Below, piece by piece: positions 56,024 through 64,000 of a stretch of 64,000 nucleotides of DNA. Source of the DNA: an uncultured Actinomycetota bacterium (GTDB taxonomy: Bacteria; Actinomycetota; Thermoleophilia; Gaiellales; Gaiellaceae). Numbering within the stretch: the first letter of the stretch is position 1; every line of letters begins with the position of its first letter. Below the pieces are notes generated by a model. That model had not been told where the DNA came from and searched no databases. It worked only from the letters and a program-made list of their open reading frames with translations. Location of the stretch: NCBI GenBank assembly GCA_963828105.1, contig CAWHDF010000020.1:17392-81391 (forward strand). Direction: 5' to 3'. Made by a program: the position numbers and the translations under genes.

Positions 56024-56903
56024 TCTCCTTCAGTTCGTCCAGATAGATAAGGCGGAAGATCTCATCCATGCCGACGACTTCATCATCGCCGTCTGCGAGA
56101 CGCTTATGCTCCATCACTGCCGCGAAGGTCGTCTGGAGTGCTTTCACAATCGCACGAACGCCGTAGTTCGCGAAGATGATCAGTTTGAAGCCGGCACTGT
56201 CGAGCTCGTCGTAGGCGACGGTGTTGTACGTCGTCGGCACGCAGACGAGTGGGGCAATCTCGTTTCGGTGCCAGCGCTCCGCGAACTCGAGCACCGGGCG
56301 GGCGTCGTCGCCCTTGTGATGAATCAGGATCGCCTCCGCGCCGGCCGCCGCGTACTCTTTCGCGCGCTCAAGCGCGACCTCGACGCCGAGGCCCTTATTG
56401 AGGGCCTCGGTGCGCGCGATGATCGTAAAATCGTCACGCGTACGCTTCTCGATGGCGGCCTGGATCTTTCCGCAGAAGGTTGACGCCCGCTCGAGGTCCT
56501 CTTGCATGTCGTCGTAGAAGCTGCATCGCTTCGGAAAAGGGTTGTCCTCGATACACATGCCGCTCGCACCGGCCTTGTCGAATTCACGCACCAGCCGGAT
56601 CGTGTTGATCGCGTTCCCGCCCCCTGCGTTACCGTCAACGAGTACCGGTAGGGAAACACGGTCGGAAATCTGCTGGACCACCGAGACGTAATCCTGCGTA
56701 CCAAGAATGTCGGCATCAGGTAGGCGCGCGGCCGCGTGCACCTCGAAGCTCGAGATCCAGACCGCATCGGCGCCCGATTCCTCCGCGATCTTTGCTCCGA
56801 GTGCGTTGTGCACGCCCACGACCACCGAGGCATGGGAGCCTCGTAGAAGCTCTGCGATCGTCACTGCTGGGACTCTCATGAGATGATCAACCCCCCGGCT
56901 CAT
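56001..56903 (-). CDS. PEP mutase-like enzyme (isocitrate lyase/PEP mutase superfamily) with non-canonical motifs
   Basis: HNALGAKIAEESGADAVWISSFEVHAA, IARTEAL, a C-terminal helix-swap-like tail, and operon context. It carries VDGNAGGGN and IEDNPFPKRCS where PepM normally has D-x-D-T-G-F-G and E-D-K-x5-N-S. Confidence 0.7.
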   Translation of the reverse strand: MSRGVDHLMRVPAVTIAELLRGSHASVVVGVHNALGAKIAEESGADAVWISSFEVHAAARLPDADILGTQDYVSVVQQISDRVSLPVLVDGNAGGGNAINTIRLVREFDKAGASGMCIEDNPFPKRCSFYDDMQEDLERASTFCGKIQAAIEKRTRDDFTIIARTEALNKGLGVEVALERAKEYAAAGAEAILIHHKGDDARPVLEFAERWHRNEIAPLVCVPTTYNTVAYDELDSAGFKLIIFANYGVRAIVKALQTTFAAVMEHKRLADGDDEVVGMDEIFRLIYLDELKENEARYVR

Positions 56904-56912
56904 CGATTTCTC

Positions 56913-56940
56913 ATAATAACCAGATTGACACGAGATACAA
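56913..56940 (-). promoter_or_regulatory. Candidate sigma70-type promoter of the phosphonate operon (near-leaderless)
   Basis: Minus strand reads TTGTAT-N16-TATTAT, ending about 9 nt before ATG 56903, in a locally AT-rich stretch. Confidence 0.4.
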
Positions 56941-57355
56941 ACGTGTTCGCCACATCATGGCCCGCCGGTAGCGCGGCGAAACCCAGCCAGAAGCAAGACG
57001 GCTCAGGCCCGCGGCGTTCGACTCGCTGTCGGCGGCCCGCTACGGGCGTGGAGCGAGGTGCGGCCGCGGCCACGCTTCGCAGCGCCCAAGGCCGAGGCCG
57101 GGCGGGGCGACGGTTTCGAGGCGGCGCTTCTGTTGGTTTTGGCTCGTATCCCGACCCGGGCTGATCGGGTGCCAACGCCTTGCTTCGAACGGCGCATGCA
57201 ACCCAGAAGACGCCGACAAAAAGCGGAAATACGAGCCGTCCCTTTTATGCGGCGAGAGTGAGCTCGCTCAATGCGGTGAACGGGCTTTCGCTCTCAGCGC
57301 GCGAGCCGCGATTCGGGTAACCAAGGATCGGCGCGGATTCGTATGAGCCGAGCGC

Positions 57356-57388
57356 GGGAGAGGGCCGCTCGTGTGAGCGGCCCTCTCC
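57356..57388 (-). terminator. Strong GC hairpin downstream of the binding-protein gene
   Basis: GGGAGAGGGCCGCTC-GTGT-GAGCGGCCCTCTCC, a 14-bp stem. No clear U-tract on the minus strand. Confidence 0.45.
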
Positions 57389-57439
57389 GTTCGCTTTCGG
57401 TACCGCCGCTTGCGTGATCGGCCAGCGGGCGGCGCTGGA

Positions 57440-58354
57440 CTAGCCCAGGTTGTTGGCCTTCAAGAACGCCGCGGCGACACTGGCCGGCGACTCCTGGTCG
57501 ATCTCAACGGCCTTGTTCATGGCCAGGATCGCCGCTTGCGTGAGCTTTGCGGAGACGGCGTTGACCGTCGTGACAAAGCTCGGACCGGCTGCCTTGACGA
57601 GCGAGGTGGCGACGATCGGAGCGACGTTTTCGAATCCGAACAGATTTTTCGGATCGGTGAGCACCGTGTACTTCGACGGGCTCGCGAGCGGGGGATCGGT
57701 CGAGAAGACGTCCGCGGCCAGAACCTTGCCCGAGTCGAGAGCCTGGTAGGACGAGACGCTTCCCAAGGCGACGAACTGGATCTTGTGGAGCCCGTACTCC
57801 TTCTCGAGCCCAATCAGGCCGGTGTTGCGCGTCTGGAACTCGGGCATCGCGCCGAGTGTCAGGTTCGGGACCTTCGCGAGGTCGACGATCGTGTGGAGGT
57901 CGTACTTCTTCGCCGTGGCGTTCGTAACCGCAATCGCGTCGGTGTCGAAGAAGGGCGTCGGATTGAGCAGCGTGTAGCCCTTCGCCGCCTCTTCCTTCTT
58001 GGCAAGCGCGTAGGTGGCGGCGGCCGTCGAGGGCGAGAGCGCGTTGTGGAAGACGTCCTGCACGATCACTCCGGTGTACTCGGGGTAGAAGTTGATCTGC
58101 CCACTCGTGAGCGCGACCTGGATGATCTCGGTCGAGCCGATGCTCTGCTTATAGGTGACGTTGAAGCCCTTGGCTTTCAAGGCCTGGGTGTAGAGCTCGC
58201 CGAGGATGTACTCCTCCGGAAAGTTCTTCGAGCCGACCTTGACCGTTGGCGACGCGGTCGCCGCGGCGCCGGTCACTACGCCAAGGATGAGCGCTACTCC
58301 AAATGAGACGGCAAAGGCCGCCCTGGCGGCTCTGCGGGTGTGCTTTCTGAACAC
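57440..58354 (-). CDS. Glycine betaine/osmoprotectant-type ABC substrate-binding protein (OpuBC/OsmF-like), no cognate permease or ATPase in the window
   Basis: Signal peptide. VKVGSKNFPEEYILGELYTQALKAKGF...GQINFYPEYTG. GAGAGAGGAAG RBS before GTG 58354. Confidence 0.8.
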   Translation of the reverse strand: MFRKHTRRAARAAFAVSFGVALILGVVTGAAATASPTVKVGSKNFPEEYILGELYTQALKAKGFNVTYKQSIGSTEIIQVALTSGQINFYPEYTGVIVQDVFHNALSPSTAAATYALAKKEEAAKGYTLLNPTPFFDTDAIAVTNATAKKYDLHTIVDLAKVPNLTLGAMPEFQTRNTGLIGLEKEYGLHKIQFVALGSVSSYQALDSGKVLAADVFSTDPPLASPSKYTVLTDPKNLFGFENVAPIVATSLVKAAGPSFVTTVNAVSAKLTQAAILAMNKAVEIDQESPASVAAAFLKANNLG

Positions 58355-58689
58355 GTGTCTTCCTCTCTCGTGAGTGTGCTGTTACCCGGTCGCGGACGCG
58401 AGCGGGCCCGGACAGATCAGTCGCGAACGAGGCTGGGTGATAGCCAGGCCTCCGCTCCCGAATGGCGAACCTGCACTGCTCGCGAGCGCTCACCACCCCA
58501 TGCGCCGAGGTCGAAGCTGGCGGGACTCGCTTGGGTGTACGGCGGGAGACGCAGGCCCGAACAAACCGCGCCCACGCCAGTGGAAGGTGCCCTCCCGGCG
58601 CGCATCGATCCCCACCCCACCGCGACACTGTACAAAGAGCGATGTCCCAGGCAGAGGAGAAATTTGTCCGGCGGCAGGAGCTCCCCCGC

Positions 58690-59712
58690 TCAGCCCACGG
58701 CAGGCTTCCAGAGGTTGATGCCGGCGTCGCTCGCGTGGGCGTCGATCTCCGCAAGCTCCTCGGTGCTGAAGTCGAGCCGGTTGAGTGCACCAAGGTTGGC
58801 CTCGAGCTGTTCGAGCCTGCTGACGCCGATCAGCGTCGAGGTGATGCGTGGATCGCGCAGCGTCCAGGCGAGCGCCATCTCCGCCAGGCTTTGCCCCCGT
58901 CGGTTGGCGATCGCCGCGAGGGCACGAACCTGCTCGATGTTGTGCTCGTTCAGGAACTGCCGGGCGAAGGATCCACTCGTAGCGGCTCGCGAGTCGTCCG
59001 GAACGCCATTGAGATAACGATCGGTCAGAAGGCCCTGGGCGAGTGGCGAAAACGCGATGCAGCCGACGCCGAGTTGCTCGAGCGTATCGAGCAGATCGGG
59101 CTCGATCCAGCGGTTGAAAAGCGAGTACGAGGGCTGGTGGATCAGGAGCGGCGTCCCGAGCGAGCGCAGGATCTCCGCCGCTGCGCGCGTCTGCTCGGCG
59201 GCGTAGGAAGAGATGCCGACGTAGAGCGCCTTTCCCTGACGGACGGCGGTGTCGAGTGCTCCCATCGTCTCCTCGAGCGGCGTCTCCGGGTCGATGCGGT
59301 GGGAGTAGAAGATGTCGACGTACTCGAGGCCCATGCGTGTGAGCGACTGGTCGAGCGAAGCGAGCAGGTACTTCCGCGAACCCCACTCGCCGTATGGTCC
59401 CGGCCACATGTCGTAGCCTGCCTTGGTGGAGATCACGAGCTCGTCGCGGTAGGGGAGAAAATCGGCACGCAGGATGCGTCCGAAGGTCTCCTCGGCTGAC
59501 CCGTACGGGGGCCCGTAGTTGTTGGCGAGGTCGAAGTGGGTCACGCCGAGGTCGAAGGCTCGGCGCAAAATCGCACGGCTCGACTCGAGCGCGCTCTCGT
59601 TGCCGAAGTTCTGCCAGAGCCCGAGCGAAATCGCGGGCAACTTGAGCCCGCTCCGACCGCAACGTCGGTACTGCATCTCTGCATAGCGGGTCTCGTCTGC
59701 GACGTAGGTCAT
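58690..59712 (-). CDS. Aldo-keto reductase, YghZ/L-glyceraldehyde-3-phosphate reductase-like
   Basis: MQYRRCGRSGLKLPAISLGLWQNFG, DLANNYG, IDPETPLEETMGAL. GAGGGAGA RBS before ATG 59712. Confidence 0.88.
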   Translation of the reverse strand: MTYVADETRYAEMQYRRCGRSGLKLPAISLGLWQNFGNESALESSRAILRRAFDLGVTHFDLANNYGPPYGSAEETFGRILRADFLPYRDELVISTKAGYDMWPGPYGEWGSRKYLLASLDQSLTRMGLEYVDIFYSHRIDPETPLEETMGALDTAVRQGKALYVGISSYAAEQTRAAAEILRSLGTPLLIHQPSYSLFNRWIEPDLLDTLEQLGVGCIAFSPLAQGLLTDRYLNGVPDDSRAATSGSFARQFLNEHNIEQVRALAAIANRRGQSLAEMALAWTLRDPRITSTLIGVSRLEQLEANLGALNRLDFSTEELAEIDAHASDAGINLWKPAVG

Positions 59713-59874
59713 CTGTTCTCCCTCATCTGATCGGGGGTTCGCTGGAACGCTTGCCCGAAGCGCCCGGGGACTGAAGCCCTGGTCGCGGGCGGTGCCGGCC
59801 ACGGCGGCCGGACCCGTGCTTCAACCCGGGGAGCTCGAGCGGCGTTGGCCGACTGCCGGTGCACATGCTGGCGC

Positions 59875-61020
59875 TCACGCGTCTGCCGCCTCGTCAACAC
59901 CGGCAGATGCCCGTGCTGTCGTACGGTGCGGGGTGGCGCCGTCGTCGGCGAGCGTGAAGCGGTACACGGAGGTCGAGACGAACGGCGTGCCGGGGCGCAC
60001 GACCGTCGAAGGAAAGCGGGCCTGGTTCGGCGAGTCAGGGAAATGCTGCGTCTCGATCGCGATCCCGCCATGGCGAGGGTAAGCGCGACCGCTCAGCCCT
60101 GTCAGGCTGCCGTCGAGCAGATTGCCGCTGTAGAGCTGGAACCCGGGTTCGGTTGTGTGGATCTCGAGCGAGCGCCCGCTCACGGGTTCGTCGAGGCGCG
60201 CGGCGAACTGCGGCGTGCCATCGTCGCGGGTACGGAGCACGAAGTTGTGGTCGTAGCCGCCCGGCCTCGAGAGCTCGAGCGCTCCGAGCCGGGCTCCGAG
60301 CCGCGCAGGTCGTGTGAAGTCAAGTGCGGTTCCGCTCACCGGCGCAATCGTCCCGGTAGGGATCAGCGTCGCGTCGGTCGGTGTGTAGGCGTCCGCGGCA
60401 AGCGTCAGCCAGTGGTCCTCCACTGTTCCCGAGCCCTCGCCTGCAAGGTTCCAGAGCGTGTGGTTCGTGAGGTTCACGACGGTCGGAGCGAGGCTCTCCG
60501 CGTGGTAGTCGATGCGGAGCTCGTGACCCTCGTCGAGGGTGTAGCTGACCGTCACCTCGACTTGGCCCGGAAAGCCCATCTCACCGTCTGCGCTCGTGTA
60601 GGCAAAGACGACGCGGGCACGGTCCGGCTGCGCGGACGCCTCGGCGATGCGCCACACGCACCTGTCGAATCCGTGCGGGCCGCCGTGGAGGTTGTGGTCG
60701 CCGTCGTTGCGTGGCAGCTCGTAGCGTCGGCCGTCGAGCGTGAAGCCGGCGCCGCCGATCCGATTGGCGAAGCGCCCGATCGTCGCGCCGAAGTAGTGGT
60801 CGGGTCGGCCCGTATACCCCTCGAGTGTGGCGAAGCCGAGCGCGACGTTGCGCCGAGCGCCGGCGGCGTCTGGCTGCCACAGCTCCTGCAGGGTCGCGCC
60901 GTAACTAAGCAGCGAGGCGGTGAGCCCGCTCGTTGTCTCGAGGGTCAGGCGCTCGACGACCGACCCGTCGCGAGTCGTGCCGAAAGGGTGTCTAGTCAGC
61001 GCGGCCACACAGGCTCCCAC
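59875..61020 (-). CDS. galM: Aldose 1-epimerase (galactose mutarotase family)
   Basis: RFANRIGGAGFTLDGRRYELPRNDGDHNLHGG, LTNHTLWNL, and a C-terminal FPDSPN region. Confidence 0.82.
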   Translation of the reverse strand: MGACVAALTRHPFGTTRDGSVVERLTLETTSGLTASLLSYGATLQELWQPDAAGARRNVALGFATLEGYTGRPDHYFGATIGRFANRIGGAGFTLDGRRYELPRNDGDHNLHGGPHGFDRCVWRIAEASAQPDRARVVFAYTSADGEMGFPGQVEVTVSYTLDEGHELRIDYHAESLAPTVVNLTNHTLWNLAGEGSGTVEDHWLTLAADAYTPTDATLIPTGTIAPVSGTALDFTRPARLGARLGALELSRPGGYDHNFVLRTRDDGTPQFAARLDEPVSGRSLEIHTTEPGFQLYSGNLLDGSLTGLSGRAYPRHGGIAIETQHFPDSPNQARFPSTVVRPGTPFVSTSVYRFTLADDGATPHRTTARASAGVDEAADA

Positions 61021-61065
61021 GGCTGCTCGCCGCGTGCCGACGATCCGAACGTCCGAGCCTCGCGC

Positions 61066-61914
61066 TCATTCAACGACGATGACGTCGCATCCCTGTTCGC
61101 GCAACGCATTGACGATCGAGCGATCCGCGGAGCGACCCGTGATCACGGTGTCGATGCCCTCGATCGGGCACAGTCGCGCGACCTCGATCTGGCCGAACTT
61201 GCCGCCGTCGGCGAGCACGATCTTGCGCTGGGCGGTCGCGAGCATCTGCTTCTTGATCTCAGCCTCCGGCAGGTTGATGTTCGTGACGCCGCCGACGGTG
61301 TCGACGCCGCTGCAGCCGAGAAAGACGGTCTTCACGGTGATCTCGCGCAGGATGACGGTTGCGAGTGGGTCGACGAGCGAATGCTGGAGCGGACGCAACG
61401 TGCCGCCGAGCACGACGACCGTTATTCGTGGAATCGCGGGTTCGAGCGCAAGCGCCGTCTGCAGGCCGTTCGTGAACACGACGACGTCGTGAAGCTCGGT
61501 GCGGTTGGCGAGAGCGCGTGCCGCCGCGGTGGTCGTCGTGCCGACGTCGATCAGAACCGTCTCCCCGTCACCAATCAGCGCCGCCGCGACCTGCCCGATC
61601 GCGGCCTTCTCGTCGGCATAGTTCGCAAAGTTGTCCTCGAACGGCAGCTCCTGCCGCGGCGTCAGGCGGGGAATTGCGCCACCCCGAACACGATGAATCT
61701 GACCGCGGGCCGTGAGTGAGTCGAGATCTGACCTCACGGTCACGTCGGAGATTCCGAAGTGGTCGCCGAGTTCGCGCACGCGCACGTATTCGCGGTTCCG
61801 GATCAGGAGCAGCATCCGCTCGCGCCGAAGGGTGCTCGGGATCGGTGCGGACTCGCGCGTGGTCGGGTCCGGGTCGTCGTGACCCCGTGTTGCGCCGTCG
61901 CCTGCGTCGCCCAC
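61066..61914 (-). CDS. DeoR-family transcriptional regulator
   Basis: RRERMLLLIRNREYVRVRELGDHFGISDVTVRSDLDSL wHTH plus a DeoR C-terminal sugar-phosphate sensor domain. Confidence 0.88.
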   Translation of the reverse strand: MGDAGDGATRGHDDPDPTTRESAPIPSTLRRERMLLLIRNREYVRVRELGDHFGISDVTVRSDLDSLTARGQIHRVRGGAIPRLTPRQELPFEDNFANYADEKAAIGQVAAALIGDGETVLIDVGTTTTAAARALANRTELHDVVVFTNGLQTALALEPAIPRITVVVLGGTLRPLQHSLVDPLATVILREITVKTVFLGCSGVDTVGGVTNINLPEAEIKKQMLATAQRKIVLADGGKFGQIEVARLCPIEGIDTVITGRSADRSIVNALREQGCDVIVVE

Positions 61915-61920
61915 CGTCGG

Positions 61921-63078
61921 CTATCTCCCGACCACGAGTCCGGGTGACACCGGGACCGCGGTGCAGAGGTCGCCCAACCCGACTGGGCTGGGTGGCACGG
62001 CAAGCGCGGCAAGCTGCCGAGCGGCCTCCTCGGGTGCGATGTCGTTCAGAAACAAGCCGAGGCCAGTCTCACTGCTGGCGCGGATCTTGACCTTCGCGGC
62101 TCCCCGGTTGAGCGGGAAGAACTCGAAGGCGAGATGCCAATCAGGCTCGTCGCGGGGCGCCTCCTGGGCAACCATCATGTAGGGGAGCGGCAGTCCGAAG
62201 AGGGCGTCGTAGCGACGGGCGACGTCGCTGAGCGCGTCGACCAGGTCGATCTGCTCGACGGGTTCAAGTTGCGAAAGCCGACCGAGACCATGTCGAACCG
62301 CTCGCACCGCGATCTCGTACGGCCAGCGTGCGGCAAAAGGCACCGCGACGACGAAACTCGAGTTCGCGCTTACGACGCGTACCGAGCGGCGTTCGAGGTT
62401 CACGGCATCGCAGGAGAGGCAGTGACCCTCCAGTCGCCGGCGGGCGTGCGCGGCGGCCTTGGCGGTGATGACCGGGGGAAGGTGATCGACCGCGTAAATC
62501 TGGCCATGCGGATGGGCAATCGTCGCGCCGGCAAGCCCGCCGCGGTTTTCGAAGATCGCGACGTAGGCGTGTGACTCGTCAGCCCACAACTCCCGTGAGC
62601 GGTCGCTCCAGACGGCAAGTACGCGACCGAGCTCGGTCGCGGAAAGGTCGCCGAAACTCGCGTCGTGCCGGGAGGTGTAGAGCACGATCTCAGCGCGCCC
62701 GCGTGCGGGGCTCGTGACGCCGTCAAGTTCGGGTGGGGCAGGCGGCGTAGGCCGGAACGGTGGGAAGCGGTTGTCGAAGACGGCGGCGTCGTAGGGGAAA
62801 GGAATCTCGAATCCGCCGGGGCAGAACGGGCACGTTGCCTCGGTCCCGTCGGAGCCGTCGTCGAGCGGGCGGGCGTTGCGGGCGGGCGAGATTGCGACCC
62901 AGGTGTTCGTGAAGGCATCGAGTCGCTTGTGCACTGCCGCGCTATCGCTGGGCTCGGCCACCGCGCCGCGCGGGAAGCCCCCGTGAAGCGCTCCGTAGAC
63001 GAGGAGCCTCCGACCGTCCGGCCTCCGCAGCTCGTGCCTCGGCAGGGCGGCGAGTGGAAGGTGACCCGAGTCAAGCAT
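61921..63078 (-). CDS. galT: Galactose-1-phosphate uridylyltransferase
   Basis: CPFCPGG zinc site and HPHGQIYA catalytic His-Pro-His. AGGA RBS before ATG 63078. The ORF is open to 63159. Confidence 0.88.
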   Translation of the reverse strand: MLDSGHLPLAALPRHELRRPDGRRLLVYGALHGGFPRGAVAEPSDSAAVHKRLDAFTNTWVAISPARNARPLDDGSDGTEATCPFCPGGFEIPFPYDAAVFDNRFPPFRPTPPAPPELDGVTSPARGRAEIVLYTSRHDASFGDLSATELGRVLAVWSDRSRELWADESHAYVAIFENRGGLAGATIAHPHGQIYAVDHLPPVITAKAAAHARRRLEGHCLSCDAVNLERRSVRVVSANSSFVVAVPFAARWPYEIAVRAVRHGLGRLSQLEPVEQIDLVDALSDVARRYDALFGLPLPYMMVAQEAPRDEPDWHLAFEFFPLNRGAAKVKIRASSETGLGLFLNDIAPEEAARQLAALAVPPSPVGLGDLCTAVPVSPGLVVGR

Positions 63079-63210
63079 CGTTCCTGCTTTCGAAGTTGTC
63101 TGATTCTGCGCAATAGCGAAACCTACGGTAACGATTAGTGCGGACGCAACGGTAGTCACCCGCCGTGTTCCGGCGTGCCGGGAAGGGCCTCCAGGTGCGT
63201 AGGATCGGGC

Positions 63211-64000
63211 TCACGACCCGCGCGCGGCGAGATCGCCTGCGCCGTCGGCGGTGGCGCATACCCAGCCTCGACCGGGCTTGCCGGTCGAACGGCTGTAGGC
63301 GAGGCAGATCTCGGCGGCGAGACGGTCGGCCTCGCCCACATCGACGAGGGCGACGACGGAACCTCCGAACCCGCCGCCGGTCAGCCGCGCGCCGATCGCG
63401 CCATGCGCGTAGGCGAGCTCGACGAGCTCGTCCAACTCAGGAGTCGAAACCTCGAAATCGTCGCGCTGGCTCTCGTGACCGGCGCGCATGATCGCGCCGA
63501 CATGCGCGCGCGCGAGCGGGCCAGGTGCCTCGAGCGCGTCAACGAGTTCACGGACCCGCTCGTTCTCGGAGACGACGTGACGCAGCCGGCGAAGCGCCGT
63601 CTCGTCGACTCCAGCCGCTCGCGCCATGTCATCGGCCTCGCGCGGGCTCAGGTCGGCCGGCCGACGACCGCCAAGTGCCGCAAGGGCACGCTCGAGCTCG
63701 TCTCGCCTCGTGGCATACGCGGAGGTCTCCAACGCATGACGAATGCCCGAATCGAGCACGACAATCGCAAGTTCAGAGGGCAGCCGGACGGCGCGCCAGC
63801 ACTCGTGGCCGCAGTCGAGCAGGAGTGCGTGGCCGTGCTCGGCAAGCAACGACGCGGCCGGGTCCATCAGCCCGCAGGGGACGCCGACCGCTCGGAGCTC
63901 GGCAGCCTGCGCAAGCCGCGCAAGTTCGAGCGGTGGGAGCGTGAAGGCGGCGACCCTGCAGAGCGCGAGTGCGAGCGCGACGCTGAGTGCGGCCGACGAC
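63211..64000 (-). CDS. galK: Galactokinase (5' end beyond window)
   Basis: I checked that the frame is open through to position 64000. SSAALSVALALAL (GHMP motif), PCGLMDP, GGGFGGSVVALV. Confidence 0.85.
   Translation of the reverse strand, partial: SSAALSVALALALCRVAAFTLPPLELARLAQAAELRAVGVPCGLMDPAASLLAEHGHALLLDCGHECWRAVRLPSELAIVVLDSGIRHALETSAYATRRDELERALAALGGRRPADLSPREADDMARAAGVDETALRRLRHVVSENERVRELVDALEAPGPLARAHVGAIMRAGHESQRDDFEVSTPELDELVELAYAHGAIGARLTGGGFGGSVVALVDVGEADRLAAEICLAYSRSTGKPGRGWVCATADGAGDLAARGS

Noticed and set aside
57180-57300. tmRNA-like impression (GCC GAC AAA AAG ... reading frame) and SRP/6S RNA possibilities in the non-coding gap.
   Set aside because: The putative tag frame does not terminate in a hydrophobic ALAA-type tail. 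No tRNA-like acceptor/T-arm or conserved SRP/RNase P motifs were found by eye.
58381-58500. TPP-riboswitch-like fragments on the minus strand (GGCTATCACCC, GACTGATCTG).
   Set aside because: The invariant CTGAGA and the ACCTGATCTGGATAATGCCAGCG-type core are missing, and thiamine control of a betaine-type SBP has no rationale. Treated as chance similarity.

Overview
High-GC (roughly 70% by eye), gene-dense, actinobacterium-like chromosomal segment. GTG/TTG starts are frequent, many genes are joined by 1-4 nt start/stop overlaps, and long Arg-rich antisense ghost ORFs are common. I recognised no rRNA, tRNA, CRISPR array, transposase or integrase.

Content from left to right:
1. A lipoprotein / peptidoglycan-binding HlyD-type adaptor / MacB-type ABC operon with a large Ig-repeat secreted protein translationally coupled between the ATPase and the permease. 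It occurs twice (1262-7750 and 15131-21604). Four sensor kinases and two response regulators lie around the two copies.
2. Between the copies, an ArsR(CVC)-sORF-PAT/ArsN1-like acetyltransferase operon. It is divergent from a 25-codon Cys/Gly-rich, metallothionein-like micro-ORF.
3. A GGDEF/HD-GYP membrane protein, an MFS transporter, a VOC protein, a MarR regulator, a TetR plus His-rich short CDF pair, a DrrAB-like ABC exporter, an FN3-GH5 glycosidase, a TupA-like ATP-grasp protein and purU.
4. A PQQ island: three beta-propeller proteins, one of them a quinoprotein alcohol dehydrogenase with the vicinal Cys-Cys motif and a D-x-D lanthanide-type signature, plus cytochrome c. It is followed by a decaying region. 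That region holds a multiply frameshifted glycosidase-like pseudogene bracketed by a near-identical inverted duplication of the cytochrome c domain.
5. Rrf2 and ArsR-SRPBCC regulators, and a cyclic-nucleotide module (an MFS-CNB fusion, two stand-alone CNB proteins and an MBL hydrolase).
6. A six-gene, fully overlapping phosphonate-type operon: PEP-mutase-like enzyme with non-canonical active-site motifs, split phosphonopyruvate decarboxylase, aminotransferase, TagD-like cytidylyltransferase and LicD.
7. An orphan betaine-type binding protein, a YghZ-like aldo-keto reductase, and a galK-galT-deoR-galM Leloir cluster.

The best candidates for something undescribed are the Ig-repeat-containing MacB-type cassette, the Cys-rich micro-ORF under an ArsR-type regulator, and the atypical PepM-like enzyme in the phosphonate-tailoring operon.
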